Source: Nitrospirota bacterium
GTDB lineage: Bacteria; Nitrospirota; Thermodesulfovibrionia; Thermodesulfovibrionales; JdFR-86
DNA: 38,324 nt
Direction of reading: 5' to 3'
Assembly (NCBI GenBank): GCA_030638335.1
Contig: DAOWET010000001.1
Span: forward strand, 1-38,324
Shown here: piece after piece, positions 7,998-15,876 of the stretch
Numbering within the stretch: position 1 is the stretch's first letter
How the letters are laid out: every line of letters starts with the position of its first letter
The notes under the pieces: generated by a model
Databases searched by the model: none
What the model was told of the DNA's origin: nothing
The model's input: the letters and a program-made list of their open reading frames with translations, nothing else
Made by a program: the position numbers and the translations under genes

Positions 7998-10900
7998 TTA
8001 AATGGGGCCAAGCAGCTGGAGCGACATGCCCCTGAACTTGGTCGACACATGCGGGTCAAGCTCGTATGCCTTGGTAAAGGCCTCCTTGGCCTCCTTCTTC
8101 ATATCGAGCCTGATGTACGCTCTGCTCAGGTTGATCCAGATGTATGGGTCTTGCGGCTCCAGCGCCAGGGCGTCCTCATATGATTTGCGGGCCTTGCCAT
8201 ACATGCCGTCCATGAAATGCAGGTTGCCGAGGTTGTTGACAACCGAAGAGTTCCCAGGCTCAAGCTCATAGGCTTTTCCCAGGGATTTCATGGCCTCCTT
8301 GGTCTCCCCGCTCTCGGCAAAGACTATGCCCAACTGCAGGTACGCGTTAACGTCCTTGGGGTTGTCCTGGATCGCCTTGATAAAGCGCTTGCTGCGGAGC
8401 TTCACCCTGATCTGCCTGAGGTTCTGGAACTCCTTGTTGAACTTCTCCTCGATGCCCGCGCGGGTGACCTCTCCGGGCCGCCATTCCGATTCCGGAAGGT
8501 TCGCGGGCTTGAACATGGCCCAGGCATCGCGGAGGTCCATTATACCCACAAGCTCCTGAGGCTTCCACTTGTAGTACTTCCTGCTGCCTTCCTCCCACGC
8601 CTCCATGAAGGTCTTGCCCATGAGGGTGGCCTCTACCGGTACCCATACAGAGTCCTCGTACACAACGAAAAGGTTGTCGTGGGTGTCAGTGCCCAGAGCC
8701 TCTACCTTGCCCACCTCGAACATCATGAACATATGGCCCGGGATGTCCAGGATCTTTGTCCTTATGCCAAGGCTCTCAAGTGAAGCTGCGTATAGGGTCA
8801 CCAGGTCGTCGCAGTCGCCGCTCTTGCGCTTGAGGGTCTCTCGCGGGTACTGGAGGTAGTCCACCAGGTCAATATTGTTGGAGGTCTCCTGGTACGGGGT
8901 GCTCGGGTCAATTATGTATGTCATGCCCAGCACGCCAAGGGCGTCAAAGAACACGCTGCCGTAGAGCAGCGGGTCGCTGGTGTCCCTGTATTGCGTGATG
9001 ATGCCGCGGGTGAACTCCAGCACCACCGTGTCCTTTGTGGTGACAAAGGCGGCCATGCGCTCTCGCACGTCCCACTTCATCTTGTGCTTCTCAAAGACAT
9101 TGATAGCGTGGTTGGAGCTGTAGCTCCTGAGCTCCTGGTTGGCATAGTAGGAGACCGTTATCTCGGTCTGCACCGGGGTGTCCTCAGTGACCTTGAGTAT
9201 TTGGTTGTTGAACACTGCCTTCAGGTCCACCTCGACCTCGCCCCTGGGGGCAAGGTCCCTGACCTCGGTCTCCCATGGGAAGTCCATGAAGTCCTTGATC
9301 TTAAAAGCGACCTTCAGGCGGGCGATCTTGTCCATGGTGTTGTTCGTGATCTTTATACGCCCGACACCGTCGCTCTCGTAGTTCTTGTATGTGTTGGAGA
9401 ACAGGTCCTCCATCTTGATGATGTCCATCTCTATGGGAGGACGCGTGGCAACCAGGGTCTTGGTATCAATGGACACCTTGTCGCTCTCCAGTTCGTCGGA
9501 ACTCACGGCCGAGACAAAGAAGGTGTACTCGGAATCAGGCGATAGGCCACCGGCAATATAAGTCGTCTCCTCCGACCTTCCGGTCTCCACGAGTTTGCCG
9601 TCCTCCTGGCGGTAGATTGCGTAGTAGGCAATATGGCCGCCCCTAACAGGCTTCCATGACAGACTCACAGACCACTCCTGCGGCTCTACCGCAAGGTTCA
9701 GAGGTGCTGCGGCCGTATATTTGGCAGGTATGGCCTCAATGGAGGCGCTCAACTTGCCCTCGTTGCCCTCATCAGCCCGGGCGGACACGCGGTAATAGTA
9801 GGGCCTGTCAGGCTCCAGGTCGCGGTCCACATAGCTGTTGCCGCTCACCTCGGTGACCTTCTCATACGGGCCGGCGGCATCGTCAGACCGGTAGACAATA
9901 TATCCTACGACAAAAGACGCATCGCTCCTGTCCCAGAAGACATTGGCAGAGCGCGTTCCGCCACGCGCCCTGATCCCCCGCAACACAGGAGGCGTATACA
10001 CGTTCACAAGCTCCTGGACACGGTTACTGTCCGGGTCGGACACAAAGAGCCTTATGTTGTTCTTTGCAATCAAGGCCAGGGGCTTTACCATCTCGCCGTT
10101 GCCGCGGACCTTCTTGTCTCCGGGAGAACCGAATTCCCTGACATAGGCGCCCTGCTTGTCAAAGACCTTTATGGTGGGCCCGCCCTGGTCGAGCACCAAT
10201 ATCTCGTTGTCTGTCACGGTAAGGGCCACGGGCTTGTCGAAATATGAACCCTTCTCCCCGCGCTCTCCAAACTCCTTGATCATCATGCCGCTGGTGGCAA
10301 AGATCAGGACGGACTTCTTCTTGTCGTCGAGCACATAGAGCATGTCGTTGGAATCAAACTCCATGTCCGTAGGGCCCTGCAGCAGGTCGTCCGAGCCGCC
10401 TTTGCCAAGCACGCCTATGAACACCCCGTCGGAGCTGAAGGCCTGCACCCTCTTGCTTGCCTTGTCAGATATGAACACGTCACCCGAGCTTGAGACGACA
10501 ATATCGGATGGGCTCTTGAAATAGCCCTCCCTGCTGCCTGAACCGCCGAAGTGGAAGTCCACATCCAAGGAGTCGGGTTTCAGTTTGTATACGTTCTTCT
10601 TCTTGCCGTCAACGACCCAGAGACCTCCGTCATGTGCGACAGCCACCGCAACAGGCACGACCTTGTCAAGGGTGATCTTCTTAAGGAGCTTGCCGTCCTT
10701 TATTGCCAGGACAGCCTTTTCCTTCGTGTTTATCCCGTAGACGATCCCCTTCTTGGAATCCCACGCGAGAGTCTCTAAAGAGAAATCCTGGTCAGAGGCC
10801 CATACCACCGAGGTGGGAGGAGGCGCGTACTCCAGTTCCACCTCGCCGTTTTCCCTCTGCGGAAGGAATATCTGGATTATGCCGCGCTTGGGATCGGCCA

Positions 10901-11720
10901 CAAACACCTTGCCGTCCCTGGACACGTCCATTCCCGCAATGCTCTCGAACTGCGCCCGGCCCGTGCCCTTTGTGCCAAAGGCCTCCTGGAACCGGAAACC
11001 ATAATTGAATTTCTTGACGCTGAAGGTCTCCACATCGGACACAAAGATACCGTCCATGTCAAGGGCAAGTGAGGAGGGTTCTCTGATGCCCTTTATCCTC
11101 TCGATGTAGTCCCCGTTCTGACTGTAGACCTTGACGAACTCGTCCTGGACGTCTACGACATATATATATCCCCTGTGGTCTACAACCAGGTCCACGGGCT
11201 TTTTAAGTACCTCTTCGCCCTCGCCCCGGTTGCCAATGGAGCCAAGGTAGACGCCGTTTGGGCCTATGACCTGCACCCGCTTGTTTCCGGTGTCAGCGAC
11301 GTATATTATTCCCTTGTATACGAAAATGCCGTTAGGAGAGCTGAACTGGCGGGGCTTGCTGCCCTTTGAGCCAAAGGAGCTTATGAACTTGCCGTCCTTG
11401 CCAAAGACCGTTACCCTGCCAAGGCCCGCGTCCACCACATAGAGCGTGTCACCGTACAGCGCTATGCCGCGGGGCTCTTTTATTATTCCCTTCCATTTCT
11501 TGTCCTTGCCCCCGAGGAAGAACTTGATATTGCCGCTGGCGTCCATGACAGAGACCTTCTTGTTCTTCTGGGATGTGTATATGGTCCCGTCATCATCCAC
11601 CTCTATGAACAAAGGGTTTCCGGCAATGATCTCGCCCTCATAGCCAACCTTCGACATCATCGCCCAAGAGGTAAACGGTAGTGCCACAAGCAGAACAGCA
11701 ACCAGGAATAAACGTCTCAT
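7998..11720 (-). CDS. Large secreted NHL-repeat / fibronectin type III / transglutaminase-like / TPR protein
   Basis: Start placed at ATG 11720 (MRRLFLVAVLL signal peptide; G-rich SD). Two NHL blocks (e.g. IYVADTGNKRVQV), two FN3-like domains (YYYRVSA, LSPDSEYTFFVSAV), a SGDCDD/PGHMF/VPVEAT core and C-terminal TPRs. Confidence 0.85.
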   Translation of the reverse strand: MRRLFLVAVLLVALPFTSWAMMSKVGYEGEIIAGNPLFIEVDDDGTIYTSQKNKKVSVMDASGNIKFFLGGKDKKWKGIIKEPRGIALYGDTLYVVDAGLGRVTVFGKDGKFISSFGSKGSKPRQFSSPNGIFVYKGIIYVADTGNKRVQVIGPNGVYLGSIGNRGEGEEVLKKPVDLVVDHRGYIYVVDVQDEFVKVYSQNGDYIERIKGIREPSSLALDMDGIFVSDVETFSVKKFNYGFRFQEAFGTKGTGRAQFESIAGMDVSRDGKVFVADPKRGIIQIFLPQRENGEVELEYAPPPTSVVWASDQDFSLETLAWDSKKGIVYGINTKEKAVLAIKDGKLLKKITLDKVVPVAVAVAHDGGLWVVDGKKKNVYKLKPDSLDVDFHFGGSGSREGYFKSPSDIVVSSSGDVFISDKASKRVQAFSSDGVFIGVLGKGGSDDLLQGPTDMEFDSNDMLYVLDDKKKSVLIFATSGMMIKEFGERGEKGSYFDKPVALTVTDNEILVLDQGGPTIKVFDKQGAYVREFGSPGDKKVRGNGEMVKPLALIAKNNIRLFVSDPDSNRVQELVNVYTPPVLRGIRARGGTRSANVFWDRSDASFVVGYIVYRSDDAAGPYEKVTEVSGNSYVDRDLEPDRPYYYRVSARADEGNEGKLSASIEAIPAKYTAAAPLNLAVEPQEWSVSLSWKPVRGGHIAYYAIYRQEDGKLVETGRSEETTYIAGGLSPDSEYTFFVSAVSSDELESDKVSIDTKTLVATRPPIEMDIIKMEDLFSNTYKNYESDGVGRIKITNNTMDKIARLKVAFKIKDFMDFPWETEVRDLAPRGEVEVDLKAVFNNQILKVTEDTPVQTEITVSYYANQELRSYSSNHAINVFEKHKMKWDVRERMAAFVTTKDTVVLEFTRGIITQYRDTSDPLLYGSVFFDALGVLGMTYIIDPSTPYQETSNNIDLVDYLQYPRETLKRKSGDCDDLVTLYAASLESLGIRTKILDIPGHMFMMFEVGKVEALGTDTHDNLFVVYEDSVWVPVEATLMGKTFMEAWEEGSRKYYKWKPQELVGIMDLRDAWAMFKPANLPESEWRPGEVTRAGIEEKFNKEFQNLRQIRVKLRSKRFIKAIQDNPKDVNAYLQLGIVFAESGETKEAMKSLGKAYELEPGNSSVVNNLGNLHFMDGMYGKARKSYEDALALEPQDPYIWINLSRAYIRLDMKKEAKEAFTKAYELDPHVSTKFRGMSLQLLGPI

Positions 11721-11870
11721 GCGTGCACCCCCCCGATATTTTCTATATTGGTTCTCCATGTTGGGATATTACACCTGCCAAACACATCTCTATTGTCATT
11801 ATAGCAGAATTCCCTTGCCAGATAAATTAATAAAAATATGGTATAGAATATAGATATATATAGGTATTAT

Positions 11871-12329
11871 ATGAGAAAAACCCTGCTAAAAGTGCTTCTG
11901 GCGGTATCAGTAGCAGTGGTCCCGGTCCCGGCCATGGCTGGTGAGTCCTGTAAGATGAACATGGAGATCGCCGATGCCCTGTTCTCAGTGGTTGGAGACA
12001 TCGGAGTGCCTGTCCAGTTCAGCGATATCGGCTGCACGGTCTTAATGCGCGATGAGATGTGCGCGATGGAGCAGATCGGCTTTGACGAATCGGCCGTGGT
12101 CAAAGACTTCTCAACTGGAGAGGAGACCCCGATGAGCACGGCGTATTTCGTGGTTGCCTCTGGCGTTGAGACACCCCTTGGCTCAGGCGTCATAGCCTTT
12201 GCCAACAGGGACAGTGCGGAGAAGTTTGTATCAGACATGGGCAAGGGAGAGGTCATGGACTACGCCGACTTCATTCTGAGCAAGGTGGACCTCATCCGGG
12301 GGGTGGACAAAGCAAGGGAGCGGCTGTAG
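11871..12329 (+). CDS. NosL-like periplasmic protein (divergent)
   Basis: Signal peptide; C-KMNM-I-D, FSDIGC, VKDFSTGE, AYFVV and TPLGSGVIAF...AEKF follow the NosL pattern. Confidence 0.7.
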   Translation: MRKTLLKVLLAVSVAVVPVPAMAGESCKMNMEIADALFSVVGDIGVPVQFSDIGCTVLMRDEMCAMEQIGFDESAVVKDFSTGEETPMSTAYFVVASGVETPLGSGVIAFANRDSAEKFVSDMGKGEVMDYADFILSKVDLIRGVDKARERL

Positions 12330-12479
12330 CGGATAGCAAACAACCCTTTGTAACTTAAGGTTTTTCCAATGCATAAGGGGAGGTTGTGCCGCATGGCCTG
12401 AAGCTCAACCCTGAGGGGTGTCTTCTCCATTAACCGGCCCGGTAACTGGCCCGGCAATTATGTTACAATTGGTATTCTT

Positions 12480-12920
12480 ATGGAAGAAGTGGGCGTAGTC
12501 ACCAAAGTGGACGGCATCACCGCCCACGTCTCGGTCGAGCGCAAAACCGCTTGTGAGCACTGCACTGCGGGTACGTGCAGCCTTACGGCGGATGACGCGA
12601 GATTAGAGGCCATAAACGAGGCCGGAGCAGTTGCGGGCCAGCGTGTGCGCGTCAGCCTGCGGGATTATACATATGTCTCCGGGTCTTTGTTCTTCTATGG
12701 GGTGCCGGCCCTGGCGCTGATCATGGGCGCTCTTCTGGGCCTGGGAGTATTCAGCGAATGGTTCCCGGGCAAGGATCCGGAGGCCGTAGCAGCAGTGTCA
12801 GCCTTCGTGTGCATGGTGCTGTCGCTGGCAGTGGTGAAACTCTGGAGCCGGAAGGCAGAGCGCAAGAGCGCTTACCAGCCGGTTGTAGTGGAAATCCTTG
12901 ACAATGGTGGAAGTTCATAA
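12480..12920 (+). CDS. RseC/MucC family membrane protein
   Basis: MEEVGVV, ACEHCTAGTC cysteine motif, YGVP and two TM helices. Confidence 0.85.
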   Translation: MEEVGVVTKVDGITAHVSVERKTACEHCTAGTCSLTADDARLEAINEAGAVAGQRVRVSLRDYTYVSGSLFFYGVPALALIMGALLGLGVFSEWFPGKDPEAVAAVSAFVCMVLSLAVVKLWSRKAERKSAYQPVVVEILDNGGSS

Positions 12921-12955
12921 ACTGCAATGATACATTGAGAGGGGGACATACCTGA

Positions 12956-15049
12956 ATGCCGATGATCGAAGTCGAGAATATTCGCAACATTGTGGTTACC
13001 GGCCACGCCAAGGCCGGCAAAACCTCACTTGTAGAGGCCATTCTCCACAACTCCGGCGCCATCAACAGGCTCGGGAAGGTAGAGGAAGGCACCACCATCA
13101 CTGATTATGAACCCGAGGAGATAGACCGTCAGATAAGCCTGTCCTCGGCCCTGGCCTTCTGCCAGTGGAAGGACCACAGGATAAACATCATAGACACCCC
13201 GGGGTTCATCAACTTCCTGGAGGACACCAAGGGTTCCATGCGTGCCGCTGACGGCGTGGTGCTCATGATAAGCGCGCTTTCCGGCATCAAGGGAGAGACC
13301 GAGAAGATATGGGGCTTTGCCACGGATTTCAACCTTCCGGTGGTTGCCTTTGTAAACAAGATGGACAAGGAGTCCGCTGACTTTCAGAACGCGCTGGACG
13401 GGATAAAGAGCCTTCTGAACACCGAGCCCCTGCCCTTGCAGATGCCCATTGGCGAGGCCCAGGGTTTCAACGGTGTTGTAGACCTTCTGGACATGAAGGC
13501 CTATACATACGCGGACGGAAAGGCCACTGAGGGCGAGGTCCCCGCCGATATAAAGGACAGGGCCGATGAGCTCAGGAACGTCATGATCGAGCGCGTGGCC
13601 GAGGCTGACGACGAGCTGCTGGAGAAATACCTCGAAGGCGGTGAGCTCAGCCGGGATGAGATCGTAAATGGCATAAAGGCCGGGACCATTGCCAAACAGT
13701 TCGTGCCGGTCACATGCGGCGCTCCCAACCTTAACATCGGCATAAAGGAGCTCATGGACGCCGTAACCATGTGCCTGCCCTCCCCTGTGGAGATGGCCGG
13801 GGCCAACCCGATAAAGGGCATAAACCCCAAGGACGACTCCGAGGCAGAGCGCAAGCCCTCGGAGGACGAGCCCTTCTCAGCCTATGTGTTCAAGACCGTA
13901 GCCGACCCCTTTTCGGGAAAACTCTCATTTTTCAGGATACTCTCAGGCAAACTCGCGCCTGATTCTTCCGTAATGAACGCATCCACCGATAACAAGGAGC
14001 GCATAGGCCAGGTCTTCTACCTCCAGGGGAAAAAGCACGAAAATGCCGAAACACTCACAGCTGGAGAGATCGCTGTTGTAGCCAAGCTCAAAGGGACATC
14101 CACTGGAGACACCCTGTGTGACGCCTCAGACCCCATACGCTATGAGACCGTAAAGTTCGCCGAGCCCCTTATCTCATACGCCATTGCCCCAAAGAGCAAG
14201 GGCGACGCGGACAAGGTGGGCTCAGGGCTGCATCGCATACTCGAAGAGGACTCGTCCCTTGACTTCCACATGGACGAAGAGGCCCATGAGATGATTCTGG
14301 CCGGCATGGGCCAGCTCCACCTGGAGGTCACGCTGGACAAGCTCAAACGGAAGTTCGGCGTTGAGGTGGAGATGAAGTCGCCGAAGATCCCCTATCGCGA
14401 GACCATCACCATAGCAGCCGATGCCAAGCACAAACACAAGAAGCAGTCCGGCGGCAAAGGCCAGTATGGCGAGTGCGCTATCAGGGTTGAACCGCTACCG
14501 CGTGGCAGCGAATACGAGTTCGAGAACAAGATCGTAGGAGGCGCCATCCCCCGCGGCTTCATACCCGCCGTTGACAAGGGCATTCAGAAAGCAATAAATG
14601 AGGGCATCTACGCCGGGTACAAGATGGTAGACCTGAAAGTATCTCTCTATGACGGCTCTTACCACGCAGTGGACTCCTCGGAGATGGCCTTCAAGATAGC
14701 CGGCTCCATGGCTATAAAAAAGGCCGTGGAACAGGCCAAGCCCATTGTTCTGGAACCTGTCATGAACGTGAACATAACAGTGCCGGACGAGTTCCTTGGC
14801 ACTGTTATAGGCGACCTCAACGGCAGGCGCGGCAAGGTACAGGGCATGGACCAGGCGCCAAACTCAACGAACCAGAAGGTCTCGGCAGCGGTCCCCATGG
14901 CCGAGATGCTCACATACGCAAACCAGCTTCAGAGCATGACAGCCGGACGCGGCATTTACACGATGGAATTCTCCCACTACGATCCTCTTCCCAAGCAGCT
15001 CACGCAGAGACTGCTGGAGGAGAAAGCAGCCCAGGAGGAGGAGAAGTAG
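12956..15049 (+). CDS. fusA: Elongation factor G paralog (EF-G2 / EFG II type)
   Basis: Full EF-G domain layout (HKKQSGGKGQYG, GSYHAVDSSEMAF) with divergent GTPase motifs GHAKAGKTS, EIDRQISL and DTPGFINF; not in the str operon. Confidence 0.9.
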   Translation: MPMIEVENIRNIVVTGHAKAGKTSLVEAILHNSGAINRLGKVEEGTTITDYEPEEIDRQISLSSALAFCQWKDHRINIIDTPGFINFLEDTKGSMRAADGVVLMISALSGIKGETEKIWGFATDFNLPVVAFVNKMDKESADFQNALDGIKSLLNTEPLPLQMPIGEAQGFNGVVDLLDMKAYTYADGKATEGEVPADIKDRADELRNVMIERVAEADDELLEKYLEGGELSRDEIVNGIKAGTIAKQFVPVTCGAPNLNIGIKELMDAVTMCLPSPVEMAGANPIKGINPKDDSEAERKPSEDEPFSAYVFKTVADPFSGKLSFFRILSGKLAPDSSVMNASTDNKERIGQVFYLQGKKHENAETLTAGEIAVVAKLKGTSTGDTLCDASDPIRYETVKFAEPLISYAIAPKSKGDADKVGSGLHRILEEDSSLDFHMDEEAHEMILAGMGQLHLEVTLDKLKRKFGVEVEMKSPKIPYRETITIAADAKHKHKKQSGGKGQYGECAIRVEPLPRGSEYEFENKIVGGAIPRGFIPAVDKGIQKAINEGIYAGYKMVDLKVSLYDGSYHAVDSSEMAFKIAGSMAIKKAVEQAKPIVLEPVMNVNITVPDEFLGTVIGDLNGRRGKVQGMDQAPNSTNQKVSAAVPMAEMLTYANQLQSMTAGRGIYTMEFSHYDPLPKQLTQRLLEEKAAQEEEK

Positions 15050-15050
15050 G

Positions 15051-15827
15051 ATGCTTCAGCGCACATGCCTTATTGCCATAGCGCTTATGGCACTGTGCGC
15101 GCCGGCGCTTGCGGCCCAGACGGCACAGGCGCCCCGGACAGACGAGACGGCCCAGCCATCCCGGATGGATGAAATGACCGGAATGACCGGGGGCGTGCTT
15201 GCAAACAGCACCACGCCGCTGCTGGAGGAGGACATTGACGCGATAATTGCAAACTCCGTCCCTCCTCCCCTTACAGAACCCGTGCGAGTAAGGAGCGGCA
15301 TGCTCTCGGTCAAGCTCGAAAGCGCCTCCTTTGGCCTTACGCTTGAAGAGATAGGCAGGCAGGCGGGCTTTGAGGCGATCATCACACCGGAGGTCGCAAG
15401 CAAGGAGCTGAGCACAACGTTCCGTGACATGGAACTGCAAAAGGGCATCCAGCGCCTGCTCTCGCTCATCAGCCACCGGAACTTCTTCATCTACTACGGC
15501 GCGAACGATTCCATAACGAGGATAGAGGTATACGGCACGGGCACGGTCCAGAAGCCCGGCAAGGGGCGGCAGACCTATACGCCCTCAACAAGCCCCGCAA
15601 GGAGCCGCTCAGGCAGGAGGGTTGTGACACCTTCGACCACATTTAAGAGGCCGAGCGTTTCACGCCGCACCGTGCCGGCCCGCGAGCCCGCAAGGACAAC
15701 TCCTCCGGTCACGAGGGTGTCGCCTGAGAGCAGGACGGATAATGCCGATGGCGATGACGTGGAGGTGCCATATATCGTGCCCCAGCAGGAGCCGCAATAC
15801 GTACCGCCCTACAATAGAAGACGGTAA
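15051..15827 (+). CDS. Secreted protein with STN/secretin-N0-like domain and disordered Pro/Arg/Thr tail
   Basis: Signal peptide; LSVKLESASFGLTLEEIGRQAGF...LSTTFRDMELQKGIQRLL pattern; starts 1 nt after the fusA paralog stop. Confidence 0.65.
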   Translation: MLQRTCLIAIALMALCAPALAAQTAQAPRTDETAQPSRMDEMTGMTGGVLANSTTPLLEEDIDAIIANSVPPPLTEPVRVRSGMLSVKLESASFGLTLEEIGRQAGFEAIITPEVASKELSTTFRDMELQKGIQRLLSLISHRNFFIYYGANDSITRIEVYGTGTVQKPGKGRQTYTPSTSPARSRSGRRVVTPSTTFKRPSVSRRTVPAREPARTTPPVTRVSPESRTDNADGDDVEVPYIVPQQEPQYVPPYNRRR

Positions 15828-15876
15828 GAGGATATGAAATACAGACCGGAGAGCACTGAAAGGACCACCCGAGACG

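Noticed and set aside
11821-11870. Very AT-rich TATA-like stretch as an origin or repeat
   Set aside because: Adequately explained as a divergent promoter region; no DnaA boxes or iterons seen.
12445-12454. ACTGGCCCGG shared with the ilvB upstream region (21792-21801, minus)
   Set aside because: A single GC-rich 10-mer match is expected by chance in 38 kb.
15828-15876. T-box riboswitch upstream of ileS (or argS)
   Set aside because: The intergenic gaps are too short (49 and 64 nt) and lack the motif.
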